From contig NC_042998.1 in assembly GCF_006345805.1 (NCBI RefSeq), positions 109,182,001-109,246,000 on the forward strand: a stretch of 64,000 nt of DNA. Reading direction: 5' to 3'. The translations under genes and the position numbers were made by a program. Positions 1 to 14,099 of the stretch are shown here, in pieces. Source of the DNA: Octopus sinensis (taxonomy: Eukaryota). Each line of letters opens with the position of its first letter. Within the stretch, counting starts at the first letter, position 1. The notes beneath the pieces are model-generated. The model was not told the origin of the DNA and searched no databases. It saw only the letters and a program-made list of their open reading frames with translations.

Positions 1-37
<37 letters not shown>

Positions 38-1345
38 CTTTTGACTATAGTGGGACATCTCTACATTGTAATGGCTCTGTTAGAAATAGCAGCTAAATCT
101 CCCTCAAATCACTCCACACTAAAAAAAAATTTAATCTCGGATGTATAAAAGCTTAATGGATGCTAGAGCTGGCAGAAATTATCGCCAAATCCCCTTCAAA
201 TTACACCATACTTTCTAAAAATAGCAACCAGACCTTGTCCTGGAGCTGATAGAACACAACTCAAACATACATTCCGAATGAAGTCTTTTTTGCAATCACT
301 ATATAAATAATGATTAATCTATGTATAATTCAACTGCTATTTCTAACTTATGTGTGTGTGTAAGTTTGTATGTGTGAGTGTGTGCCTGTGTGTGTATGTG
401 TGTGAGTGTGTGTGCGCGTGCGCGTTTTACCGTATTTATTTTATGCATATATTTCATTACTATAATCAAATGTCAAAGTTTTAAAACGAACATGAATACT
501 TTTGATGTATGCAAGACCTGATAGGTATAGCAGCCAAAGTACCGTCTACTGTTTTATGTATGTATATGCTTATTGACCATAGTGGGACGTTTCTAGATGC
601 CCCTGTTTAGGAGTAACGTAAGTCTCCTTCCAATCACTCCCTCCAAAACAAAAATATTTAATTCATGATGTATAAAAGCGGTAACGAATGCTAGAGCTGT
701 TAGAAACAGCAACCAAAGATTTGTATATTGTGGTATCTGTGAGAAATAGTAACCAGATATAGTTCTGAGGACGGATCTTTTCGCTTTAACCGGCAGATTT
801 TTTTAATAATTTCTTTGTAACTAAACACTTTTAAACTACGTATACTGGTAGAATATGTTTATAAAACATCTTTTTCGCTTGGCTTTCTTGAGAAAATTCT
901 GTAGTTTGTAAGCTATTTGTTCTTTAATTTCTTGCATTTCGGCAATTTCAACCAATCAATGACGTCTATTGAGGTGAATTCAATATCTCCGGATCGTTGT
1001 CAACAACAATAACTTGCGGTGTCTATAAATTTCTCGGTAATACGCAGAAGCATTTGTTATGGTAGTAGAAACTTTTACATTTTGTTCTAAATTTGAATCT
1101 TGTGCTTAAAAAATTTCAGCTTACCATACAAAAGTGAACGGGAAAATTCGGGGTCTCGTAAGGCGAGTCCTCGTAAAGTCAGGCATTGCTTTGTGTGTGT
1201 GTATGTGTGCAATATTTTATCTAAGTATACTATATATATGTATGTATATTTTATCTTAGTATATTACTAGCGCGCAAACACACACATACATACATACACA
1301 CATAATACATACACACACACACATACATACATACATACATACATA

Positions 1346-2595
1346 CCAACATTTGGGCTGCTTGATTAGACGCTTGATGAGATCCAACCCATTGATGCGA
1401 AAAACCGAAAAATACTTGCAAGCACGCAATTTCCACATAAACAGTGATGTAGACAACCTCTGCCTAAAACGAAAACAAGGCGGAAGAGGCTTAACATCAA
1501 TCTAAAATGCCTTTGAATGTTGCATCATATCCCTTCATCAACATCTTTTAACCAGCAAGTGTCGAAGTGCATCCCTTGACCAAGTTTGCATGCATGAGGC
1601 TGATAATATCATAAGACTTGGAAAGCAGCTCCTTGTGCAGTACTTTTTGTTTGATAATCTAGAATACATGCCCAAAGAAGTCGCAACGTATCATCAGATG
1701 AAAGGATGAGCTTATATCAGCAGAAGAATATGCATGGATATGTTACTAGAAAGCTCCGTGATGATAGTAAAATCGACCATCAAAGCAGTTTATCATGGAT
1801 CAATAGCCGGATTACTACCTCCCACTTTGAAGGGTATGCGTTTGCAATCCAGGAACAGGAAATATCAACCAAGCACCTGATGCACAAAAGGGATAGAGAT
1901 TCAGATAAAGCTGAGAAGTGTGACAACCGATGCAGACTTTGTGAAGTTCACACTGAAGATATCACCCTCATCATAAGCAGTGGTCCGAAAATGTTATCAC
2001 GGTATTTACCAATGAAACATGACGTTGTAGCTAGGACACTCTGTTATGAAATCCGTCGGAAGGATAATCCCAAGGACAAAGAAATATAACCCACAATATG
2101 GTAGAAGCCAAGCCACTCATAAATAATAAGGAATACTGGTGACATGTACCAGTGAAGACCTCAATAAAATGTAAGCACAACAGACCTGATATCATGATTT
2201 GGGATTGAGAAGAGAAACTGTGCATATATGTGGAAATTAGCTGCCCAGCGGTTGCTAACATAAGGCTGAAGATCAGTGAAAAAGAGAACACCTATGCTGA
2301 ACTATTGAGAAATCTGAAGTTACCCTATCCTGATTACAAGTTCAGGTTTATAGCTGTAATTATTGGGGTCCTGGGATATGTAACACACTGCCTAAATACC
2401 AATCTTGAGAAATTGGGCTTCTCAAAACCAGAAAGGAAAAAGATAATTCGAAGACTACACCTCCAATCCATCACTGGAACTGTAAAAATCTGTAGTAAAA
2501 CTTTCCAGAAGTTTATCATTTAAATATATATGAGCATGTCTAGATATGCAACTATATGCATGAGAATACATACATAAAACATACAAATCTCCACA
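1346..2595 (+). mobile_element. 5'-truncated R4/Dong-like non-LTR retrotransposon (post-RT region, CCHC knuckle, RLE), frameshifted
   Basis: KQGGRGLTSI near 1474; HGYV; CRLCEVHTEDI zinc knuckle with degenerate ...HD; HNRPDIMIW / EISCP RLE motifs; stop at 2523; both ends abut (CATA)n. Confidence 0.85.
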
Positions 2596-4330
2596 TACAT
2601 GCATACATATATACATACATGCATACATGCATGCATACATACATACATACATACATACATACATACATACATACATACATACATACATACACACATACAT
2701 ACATACATACATACATACATATGTACAATACACACGTGGGAAATTTTGACTGGGTATGTTGATGCTGTCACCTACAGTTGCTTTCGAAGAGAGGGCGTGA
2801 GAAAGAGTTTACTTACAAATAGTTGAGAGGATAAGAATTCCTTTTAAGGGGAGAGAACCGCCTCAGGGTTTATAGATTTTTTTTTATTATTATGATGTGT
2901 TTTTTTCTTACGAGTGACAGAGCACATGAAATAATATTTCTATATAATCCTTTTCTGTTTTTTTTTTTACTAGTAGTTGTAGATAGCATTCAATATGCAT
3001 TTAATGTGATAGCACGAACTTAAAAGATTTATCCAAAGGAAAAAAACGTTATTTAGCTATTATTTTTAGCACACATCAATGACAAAAAGAAACGAGTAAA
3101 CAAGTAGTTTTAAGCATTCGATATGTATTTATTGCAAATGCGATGAACAAGACGTTACAAGCGATAAACACATTACAATTTTCCCCCATAAATGGTTCCA
3201 ATACAGTTTTAATAGAAAGATTTGGAAGAATTAGATGAAAGTTCTCCAGTAATTTTCTTTCGTGTAAATAAATGCTTATGTTAATTAAAAATATTTATCC
3301 CAAAAGCATTATTTAGCTGTTATTTTTAGCACACCTCACAACCATCTTCATGACAAAAAAATTCGAGTGCACAAAAAGTTTTAAGCATTCAATACGTATT
3401 TAATGCGTTTAACAACATGCTACAAATTAAATAATTTTTTAAAAAACAAACATTTTGTTGACCAGTTCAAAAACTGACTCATATACTGTTCACTTTCCAG
3501 GCATTTGTACATTACTGCATATGCTTTATACGCACTTTTGACAAGTTGTGGTGCACCTGAGCACTGTATACAATAATTTCATTATTATTATTAAATTCAC
3601 GTGCTCAATTGTCAACAGATAGGTAAAACAAGTGGTTTCGATATATTTGTCAAAAGATGCTTTCTCTCAGGCAAAATAATTCTCATTTTCCGCTTGTTAC
3701 TATGGAAACGGACATGAATGTGTGGCTTACGATTGGCTAAAATTACCAAAATTTTCAAACTTTGATTGCTAATAACTATTTATTTATTGATTTATAGCAA
3801 AAATGATTTTCACGTCATTCCTTAGTCAATAAAAGTGTATCATTACACCGAATAAGAAATCACCGAATAAGAAATCAATTCGAACAAAATTGATGCTGGC
3901 AGCCAAACCGACTAGCCAAACCGACTAGGTCCTGCCAACTAGGAAATTAGTTGGTCTATGTTCATTTAAAATCTTTAGGAATTCTACACGACCAATTTTC
4001 TCTTCTTTTTTTCTTCTTACTCTCTTAACAGTGGAGAAAAGAAGTGAAGAGATAGAGGCAAGGAAATGAATGCCTCATAGTCGTTTAAAATTGAAATTAA
4101 CATTATAGATAAGCATAATCGATATTTTCTATTCTTTTTTTTTTTTTTACTTTTAACTGTGGAGGAGAGGCGAAGAGGAAAAAATCTCTTACGTGTTAGA
4201 TTTTCATTCTGGGAGTTTTAGAAGGATCTTGAGTTATTCTCTTCTTTTTTTTTGTCATTATTCGCCTTGTTTGATAGTTCTTAATGTAGACACGTTTACC
4301 ATTTTCTCTCTACAAACTACATGCAAGCCC

Positions 4331-4332
<2 letters not shown>

Positions 4333-4400
<68 letters not shown>
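4333..4400. repeat. (TG)n microsatellite, one of dozens of TA, CA, CATA, GATA, TTA and CAT arrays
   Basis: Perfect dinucleotide run. Others include 2593-2722, 11318-11362, 21830-21908, 22445-22583, 26645-26725, 33170-33260 and 51590-51800. Confidence 0.95.
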
Positions 4401-4404
<4 letters not shown>

Positions 4405-4701
4405 GGATCTCTGGTCGTATTTCCATGTTGTTTATCACGTCGAGATGACTTAATCTCAATTTCCATTATATTTCATTTCGCCATGGCACATTACCGTCAG
4501 TTTTGTGTGTAGCATTTAGAATTCGGCCAGTGTTTAATATTTTATCTAAATATACTTTGACATACAGCACGTTACATTTGTGTGTGTGTTACTGTCTTTT
4601 TTTACATGCATTTATTTCATTACGATAATTAAATGTCAATTAAAATCTGATTAAAGCAAACTGTAATTTATTTTGTATGCTAGACCTGATAGATATAGTA
4701 G

Positions 4702-5104
4702 CAGCGCTGGATTAAGCCATTAAACAAAATAAGGTTGTGCTTAGGGCATCCAGGGAAGTGGGGGATGGAGGAGGGGGCACCTCAGAAATGGTAAATGTCT
4801 TACGGCACAAAAGGAAATCATTTTAAATTTACCAAGATATTTTCGAAGCGTTTTGTATTATCGGAAATATAATTTCGGTATGTTCATGGTGTCATAGTGA
4901 GGATCTGATCAAAGATTTTGAAATTAAAACAAACTGTAGGAAACTTTTCAAACATAAATAAAATGGAACTGTGCAAAAAAATAAATATTATTTTCTATCT
5001 TACTATTAATTTTGTTCTATTTTCAAAAATAACAATTTATCTTATGGCTTATTATTGTTTATGTTTAGAATTACATATAAAAGGGGCACCAAAACCCGGT
5101 CCTA
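4702..5104. mobile_element. hAT-like MITE with 8-bp TSD
   Basis: Degenerate TIRs cagcgctggattaa / aaaacccggtccta; flanks tatagtag (4694-4701) and tatagcag (5105-5112); an uninterrupted paralogous site is present at 526-533. Confidence 0.7.
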
Positions 5105-5686
5105 TATAGCAGCCATATCTTCTTTAAATTACAGCCTAGTGGTACATGCATGTATACACTTATTGATCATAGTTGGATGTTTTTACCATGTCAATAGGCC
5201 TGTTAGAAGTAGCAGCTAAATTTCTCTTAAAATGATGTATAAAGGTTAATGTATGCTAGGGCTGATAGAAATAGTTGGCGAATCCCTCTCAAATTACACT
5301 GTACTTATCTATTTATGCATGAGCCGATGCAGGCAGACCTCTACGGGCAGGAATTCATCTTAGAACGTAAATTGTGTTAAATAAATTCCATAAGGCACCT
5401 TGTTCCTCACAATTAAAAAGAAGAACAGGATATCATTGGGCTACAGTTTGTCAAACTAACCTCTGGGTATTTCTGGTACACCTATCGATTTCAGAGTGAC
5501 TATACGTTCTACCAGGATTTGAACTCAAAACACAGAGATAAGCAGGGTCAACGGATGGTTGGAAATAAAGGGAGACAGGAAGGAAGGAGGGAGGGAATGA
5601 AGGAAGGGACATGGTAGGTGAAAGAAAGAGACGGGAGGAAAGTGAGGGACAGCTGCTTTGAAACCTGCAGTTTTCCACCTTGATTA

Positions 5687-6960
5687 TACACAGAACCGCA
5701 AAAGAAACGCGAGACGCGTGTGACTGGTAAAATGTGTTTTAATTTCATTATGTCAAAGATAAGATTTGATAAATCTGATAAAGTCAGTTTCTTGGATACT
5801 TTGACTACAGTCTATGGGCTGTTGTCATTTGTTCTGGTAGAGGGCGGATCCAGCACATCGAGATTGTAGGACGTGATATGTTCAATACTATGTATGCCCT
5901 CCCTGGGTGTTCAAAATGGGCATGCACAGTCGGTACATGGAGTTCATGAGGCGGTTCACATAAGCCATTGGCAACAGTGCCCACACCCTGAGGAAAACTG
6001 CCTCCAGTTCCACACGAGTTGTCAGCCTTAGGACCACCTGGTTTAGTCGTCTCTGGATTTCATCCCACAGGTGTTCTATTGGGTTCAAATCCAGGCTGAG
6101 AGCCGGCCACGGCATGGTTCTGATGTTGTGTTGACGCGGGAAGTCCATGGTGACCCTGGCCGTATGGGAGGGAGCATTGTCTTTCTGGAACACGTGGATA
6201 TGGTGTCGCGCGAAGAAGGGCACGATGTGAGGTCTTAGGATCTGGTCAACGTAGCGCTGAACTGTGATGCCATTCCCTCTGCCTGCACCAACATTTTGTA
6301 ACACACGGGGCCCAATTCTCTGATTCAGGCCTATAACACCCCAAACCATGATGCGTCTCTCTCTCTGTGACACATGTGTCTCTGTAGCGTCTACCCCTCC
6401 TACGCCACACTCTCACTCTGCCACTCGAGGTGGAAACACACCACCACCTCTCATCAGAGAAAACTATTGACTTCCATTGTTGATGCTGCCAATGTACGGT
6501 GGCAGGCGATGAGGACAGGCCCTCGAGTAGGATGACGGTAACGCAGGTTGTTGGCAGCCAGTCGACGTCGTACCGTGTCGTCACTGGTGGATCGCTGTCC
6601 ACTGCCAGTGATCTTGCGGGCTGTCACGCTGGCCGGTCTGAAGCAATCACGGAGGTGTTGCAGGTGGATGAAGCGGTCCTGCCTGGGGCGTGGTCACTCG
6701 GAGGCATCCTCTGCAGGTACGGTCTGCAGTGCTGTTGGTGTTGTTGTATCGTTGTTGCAGGCGATAGATGGTGCTGACATGGACATTGTAAGCTTTCCCA
6801 ACAACCAGGGCTTGCTGGATATGTCATGTGGATATGTCAGTAAATGTCTAAAGTGACAATCTGGAAAATCTAAGATTTTTAGAAATAGAACAAGACTAGC
6901 TAACATGCACTTTACAGCTACAATCTGTAAGTGGAACAATAAAAATATGCAAGACTTACA
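5687..6960 (-). mobile_element. Tc1-family DNA transposon relic (DD34E transposase, frameshifted)
   Basis: Minus-strand frames give VFSDE, MVWG, FQKDNAPSH and DLNPIEHLW, with exactly 34 residues between the second D and the E. N-terminal QDRFIHLQHLRD and DTVRRRL motifs. Tc1-like terminus TA-cacagaaccgcaaaagaaacgc at 5687; the other TIR was not found. Confidence 0.92.
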
Positions 6961-7212
6961 TAAAGTTCAAAATGTAACCATTATCACCGTTGTTATTCAC
7001 ATTCCAGCAATAAAGCTTTTGTTTCTTTGTCAAGAAGCAGCTCCCTTCAAGGAAGAATTCTAAAATATGAACATACATGAAGAATTCTAATATATGCACT
7101 GCACATACATGCCTCTATGTACATGAATACTTATAAAAAAACATGCATGCAAGTTCATACTCACACACGTGTACACACTTACACATACACATAGAATACA
7201 TGCATGCCGAAA

Positions 7213-7248
<36 letters not shown>

Positions 7249-9759
7249 CAAAAAACAAACAAACAAACAAAGCACTTTCAAAATGTTTCAGAAACTTAAT
7301 GTTTTTTACATCTTATAAAGAAAAATGTTTCTTTATGTTCTTTTGCTTTTGCTTTAAATTGAATGGTTTTTCCAGACAGGTTAATATGAACAAGCTTTCT
7401 TGGATTACTTCTTGCAAATATAAAGATAGGATATAGTAGAATGTATATGATATTTGGTATCCTATCTGTCTCTCGAGACTTTACAGATTCTGGATCTAAA
7501 GACATTATTAAGATATCAACTATTCTTTTATTCCTATGGCATTGTTGCATTGAGCAAAATACATTTGTGTATTTTCAGCATTTCCATATTTACATTTTTT
7601 GTTAGTGCCCAGAGGATAAAGTAGTGTTTAGAAATGCTTCTAACAAGAGTTATTTATAATGGGATTACTATCTTTACTATAAAGTTATATGAATGTTCTC
7701 CTCTCATTTCTTGCTTTGATAGTTTTTTTTATGGTTTTCTTCATTTTTGATATGTAAGTGATTAGAGATGTATATTACCAGATCTTATTGCAATTCTTTT
7801 TGTTCAATATGATTACCTGCTAAGTCTTTATAATTATCAATACTTTGGGGCTTAGCAAAGATTACTGTCATACATTTTCTTCTGAATTTCAATATATTCC
7901 ATTTGATCACATGATTATAAAGAACACAATTTTCAAATATATAGCATTTGTATTGCTGCTCTATCTTTTTTATATTCTAAGCTATAACTTTCTTTAAAAA
8001 TTATGCATCCATCATCACTTCAGATTTTCAGTTTTTAATTTCTCTTTGTTAAGGACCAACTCACTTTATTAATTTCATCAGCACATATTAAAAGGGAAAT
8101 TTGGGATTTATCCTATTTCTTTTGATTTAGAACATTATAAACTTGTTTGCATTTGGTGTCCATGATGATGAAGAAACAATATTGTTACCAAAAGATATTA
8201 TTTACCATTTGCAATTTGAATTCATTAAGTTTCACACTAACTGCTAACAAAAAGAGCAAATCAGTGTTCATACTGGGAGAAAATATTTGCCTTTAGAGAT
8301 CAGTCATTTAAATCCACAAGAAACACAAATGTTATAGTCCTGACTATCATTAAATAGGTGTTAGTAGGCATAAGAGAATAAAGTGAGATATTATTTCATC
8401 CTTTTCATTTTTTCCATCATTTCCATTCCCAAAATACTCTCTTGAAATTTTGCTGTTTGGTCAGACTTACCACAATACTCTGCAAGTATTTACTATTGAT
8501 TCTAATCAACTAGAGGTGGCTGAGGCTAGTTGAGGCTGGCTGAAGCTGCTAAGGGTGACTAAGATTGGTTGACATAGCTGAAATAACTAAGATATCTGAG
8601 CAGCCATTTACCACTACTACTACTACTATGAAAAAATTCAAAAATATATTTAAATTGATATGATTTTAATAATCGGAAGAATAATAGCAATTCTTGATTT
8701 AAAAAATAAACATCTTATAACTCATTGTTTTTGCTATCCAGTTATTTTTACTTTTTAATTTCAAAATAAATTAAGACAAATTGAATGGCAAAAAAAGAAG
8801 AAGCAACAAAGAATTTCTCGAAACACTAAATCTAAACACAAGCAAAAATATAAAAATAATAAGAGTCAGATCTTCTTTGAAAAATTTTCAATTCTATTTA
8901 GTAAAATGAGTAAAAGAATACGTGTAGAGTCCATAAAAATAGATCTTTGAAAAATACATCTTTTTTACTTTTGTTGCTATTATCTTTTAAATGGTAAACT
9001 GTGAATAAATGACTGCTGGCTCTTTATAATGAAAACAAATAATCTGAATTTTTGTCACATACATATTGATTTTTTTTAATACATTTTAATGTGAAATAAT
9101 AGACAGATTTCACTTGTGAAAAAACATTTGTACTGCAGTTTCATTTGAATTGAGAACAAGCTTATAAACTATTGACAAAACCAAACTAAATCTGCTATAA
9201 CAACTAGCTTATCAATGTTAAATTCAAACTGTTTTTCCACCAAATAAAATATGGATTGATGCAAACTTTTTAATCTAGTATAAATTACTTCATTTAAAAC
9301 AGAAACTGATTTTTTTGTCTAAATGAAAATATTTTTTATGCCTTTAAATACTTTTTTCAAACACGCATGCATATATCATCATCCATCCATCCATCCACAC
9401 ACACACACGGACTTGTTTGTTAACTATAAATCAGTTGTAAATGTGGTAAGACTTATAAGCTCACTATTAATTGAGCAGCTTTCTCCAGTCTAGTGCCTGT
9501 ACAAGTCCATATATGTACAAGAATCTATCAGTAGCAGCAATATTTTACATAACTTTTTCTATGCTTTTATGGCTTGTTTGGGTTGTTGCAGTCTGAGTCA
9601 GCTCGAATACACTGTAATAGAAAATACCAGCTTACTTCGGTATTGTGTATATCTTGCAGTATAGTTTAGGTGTTTTATTATTCCACACATATTAGAGAAG
9701 TTGTGCTATACAGAATCACTGCATTGCTTCTAACTCAAAGTTATTGTTCCTTTAGATGG

Positions 9760-10510
9760 ACGGACTGTGACTGAACATGCAGACAGCACATCTTGTTCAC
9801 ATGCTCATGTATTCTGTTTTTGGCATGGTTTCTATAACTGGATATCTGTTGTACCATCAACCATTTTACATACTGTACTAGGTGCATTTTAACAAGTCAC
9901 CAGCACAAGAAAGGTTGACCTATGCAAGGACATCTAAGTATTATCCTCATTCTACCATGTACCTCTCCTTATTTGGAGCTACTACCCTCCCAGATAATTG
10001 CAAACAGGCCTGTAGATGTGATTGTGAATATATTCATCATCATCATCATTCCTCCATCCATCCATCTATCTATTTTCCATGGGGCATGTCAGAAGGCTAC
10101 ATCAAGATCTACTGTTTAATTTGTTATAGTTTACTGCTGGATGCCCTTCCTAATTCCAACAATTCTGCAGAGTGTACTGGGTGTTTTTTATGTGGTTTCA
10201 GCATCAGTGAAGTCACCAAGTAACTTGCAGGACAAAACCCCTCAAATGGGAGAGGGAATTGTATCGAGGGACAGAAAAGTGTCTTGCATTAGAATAGAAA
10301 CATAGCTACTTAAAATTGGGAGAGAGAGAATAGAGAAGGATGGTGAAGATGTGACTGGAAGGGGTGACAGCATAATATTGTGGGTGAGGGGGAAGTTCAT
10401 AGGGATTTTACTTAGCTGAGTGGGTCTTCTCAAGCACAGAAAATCATCAATTGTCTAGGTCCTTGGTTATCACCTTTGAAGATCATTTCTCTCCACTTCA
10501 TTCCATGTCT
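9760..10510 (-). mobile_element. Decayed RTE-associated 3' fragments
   Basis: Contains the catcatcat...ttccatg / ggatgcccttcctaa module also seen attached to RT-bearing copies at 14.1 and 24.1 kb. Confidence 0.5.
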
Positions 10511-11316
10511 TCCTGGGTTCCAGTGTTTCAAGTAAAGTTTGCTTTGGTATTCATCAATATGATGACTATGTAACGACTCTAAATATACTCATGAAAATAC
10601 AGCTAATGAACCCTTTAGGGAAACTACATTTTAATAATGAGGTTGCCATTCTCATTGTTGAGTAGTAGTTCTACAAAAGCAACTTAATCCTGCAGAAGAA
10701 GCATGGGCAGAAGTATTTCTTTTCCTATACTTTAATGATCAGATAAAATAGAAGTCTACCTCATCACATATAGTGGATATATATGCAAAAATGGAATTGG
10801 AATCAAAGCATCAGCAAAGTGCATTCTGTTGTAAATTTTTTGAGCCCTATAACATATCCTATAACACGCTCCACAAAGTTGATTTTCATCTGTTCAGGAT
10901 GGACAGTGTCAAGTACCTTAATGTTAACAGTCTAAGCTGGTCTGCAGAGATCATTAGAACTGCCCACTTCTGCTCTGATTAATTCATTAAACAAAGAGAA
11001 AAGAAAAATCCAAGAATGAAAAATGTGTCAAAATTGTCTATTTACCAAGTATCTACTATCTGACCCTTCAAACACAAACACATACACACAAACACACACA
11101 CACAAATTTGGTAGATCGCACAATAAAAAAAATAGAACTCAATTCATAAGTACATGTATTTTTTCAATTTTAATCAATTGAAAATTACAGAAGAGGCTCA
11201 ATGCTGTTTCACTCATGGTACTTTGATAAGCACCATGCATAAAATTGAAGCCATCAAGTCACTTGCTTAACATTTTTCCAATTACAAACAAAAATTATGT
11301 ATACACACATGCATGT

Positions 11317-11364
<48 letters not shown>

Positions 11365-14099
11365 TATTTCATTATAAATCCCTTTTCAATGAGCTGATAT
11401 TTGAGCTGAACATCAGTATTGATTTGATGTCTAGCCATTAATTCTAAACAGAACATAAGAATCAATAGAATGTCTAGTCATGAAGGGGTTTATTCTTTGG
11501 AATTTAGTTAATCAATTAAGTGTTTGGTTTGTTTTGAGACTGCTTTTTAAAATAGTCTTTCTTCTGGTTTTACAGCAAATAATTTTAGATTTAAGCAAAA
11601 AGATAGAATAACAGTTTTCAAAGTAAATAAGTGACACAGATGCAGACCACTTTAATCATCATCATCGCCATCATCAATGAACATTCATTTTTCCATATTT
11701 GAATTAGTCAGGTGGAATTTGTTGAAACAGAATGGGTCAGTTCTTATTCAGATTTATTGCCCTATAGAAGGGCTGAAAGATTACATTTCACTCATGCATT
11801 CCATTTTTAGCCAGTTTTCTATAGTTCCACGCTCATTCTAACAACAACAATTTTAAGGAGTGTATTGGGTGAATTTTAATGTGGCACAAACACTAGTGAT
11901 GGTGTCCTATTTCCAGTAAAAATAAAGAATCCTACAATCCTATGTTGTCTCTTTCATAGCTCCAGCATTAAAGAAGTTATATTGTCCCTTCCAAAACTAG
12001 AGGGTCTACTCTACATATTTTCATTCATTGAAAGCAAGTCAGATCAAGAGAGTGTTTTGAAGAATACGATGACCAAGAGGGTAGTTGAAAAGAATGTATA
12101 AGTATGCATGCAATGTGAGGAAACAAAGTTAAAAGATTGAGAGGGTGATAGAGAAGTGGGTAAGAGAAGTTGAACAGGAATAGCTGTATATTTTGCTGTT
12201 GGTAAAGAGATTGAATAGGGAAACAAATATGATTGACATGATGGGATAGCATTAAATATAGATGAAGTAAGAGGGCTCTTTCATTGTTTACCTTGCATCT
12301 TGAGGGTCCTACTTCCAGGATTTCATTCCATTTATCGATCAGCTCATTGGTAATGTGTAACGCAAGAGATATGGGTGTCATGTTTGGGGTTTCCGGAGGG
12401 AGAAGAAAGTTTCACATGAATGTTTATATGTTCTCATCATCTTCCCCATAATCCTCATCATTATTCATATCATATTATTTTATCATTTTAATATTTGATA
12501 TTCAATAATGGTGTATATCAGATGTCTCTCTCATATTATTTACACAATCTTATACACATTGCCATCTGGCCAATATTTTTATTGATATGCCTTTCCTGGA
12601 CATCCCTGTTATATCAATCTTGTCCAGTCACAGCTTCTCTCTACTTCAGAGCTATCCTTCACTGTCATAGCTACATATTACTGTCACATTTACCTTCTAC
12701 TATCACATCTGCCCACTACTCTTCCAACAACCATCTATTCTTACAGTTACTCTGTTATATTGCAAGTGGCATCTATTATCACCACATGCCACTCTTTCAC
12801 CCAATACTCATTGTCCATTCTTATTCCATGACCAGTGCTATAATCTCTCCTATGTAGTGAAAATATAAAGAATGTTTTTCTTACAGGAAAACTGTGTGCA
12901 AATACCACCACTTAGGTGGGTAAGGTATGCCTATATGAGTTATCTATTTAGAGTTAGTCAGCAACGAAAGAAGGCTGTTCAAATGATTAGCTAAGTCTCA
13001 TTCACAAACACTATATCCACTGAGCTACAGTTATGCTAACTCTCCTTCCTGCCTATTTTATTGCCGCAGCAATAAGCTATACTCTTCCTATTTGGCTGGT
13101 TGCATGCAATCTTGACCAAAGCACACTCAATGCGTTCATTTCTATTCTTTGGGCTAGTCATTCTGCATCATACCCATCAGGTCAGGCCATGCCATGCACT
13201 AATAACCTTCCCAATCCTTCCTTCCTTCCTGCTGTCTCAACCATCTTTGATCTCTTCTTAGGCAATTATTTTTGCTTATAGACATTGACTTTCAAAAAAT
13301 AAACAGCCATATCAATCTCAGCAGTTTCAGACAACCTGAAAAGGTCACTAGCATTTTCTCTCTCTCTTGATTAAACCATAACAAAGAAGGGAACTTCATC
13401 ACTGAAATTAAAATTTTGACCATAGGTACAACACACTACTGTAATGTGTTGATAATGTGCTCTGTCTATGATCAGATTACATAAATTTGAGTGGTCAAAT
13501 CCACCATGTTCGCTAAAGACACACACACATATGAGTGTGCTTGTGTATAAATTTAAGTATGTATAGATGTATATGTGTGCATATATGAATATAAATAAAT
13601 GCTTATGTGTGTAAGCATGTGTTCATGTGCACATATGTGCATCTGTGTAGAAATACGGTTGTGTGTAGTTGTGTGTAGTTGTGTGTATATGCATGAGTAT
13701 ATGTATGCACACATATGTGTATGTATGCGAGTATAGTATTCTAAAGAACTGATTCTACATAAAAGTTATCAAGAGACAATGGATTCAATCTAATTAGTGC
13801 AATTTAACCCTTGATTAATGCCATAACAAAAGGTTTAATACTTCTATTGTCATATTGTTCATTGAGGCATGATGGAATGGATGAGAAAGGATTTACAATT
13901 GTTCTGAAAATTACATCAGTAAACTCTAACTGAAAATAGACTGCAAAATTATTGATTTTGCAACGAATATTTATAATGTTTCCGTAATAGACTTCCATTT
14001 TTTCAAAAAACTTTACAAATAGACTGTAAAAAGTATTGTGATTTGAAATATTATGCATCTACATTAACTATATGATATATATATATAAAACACATACCA

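Noticed and set aside
6960-7045. Possible right TIR of the Tc1 element (gtttctttg...)
   Set aside because: Only a short partial match to the left terminus and no TA target site.
7360-7385. ttccagacag|gt as a possible end of the upstream exon (FRTG-like)
   Set aside because: It reads FQTG with an in-frame stop a few codons upstream and no S2 motif.
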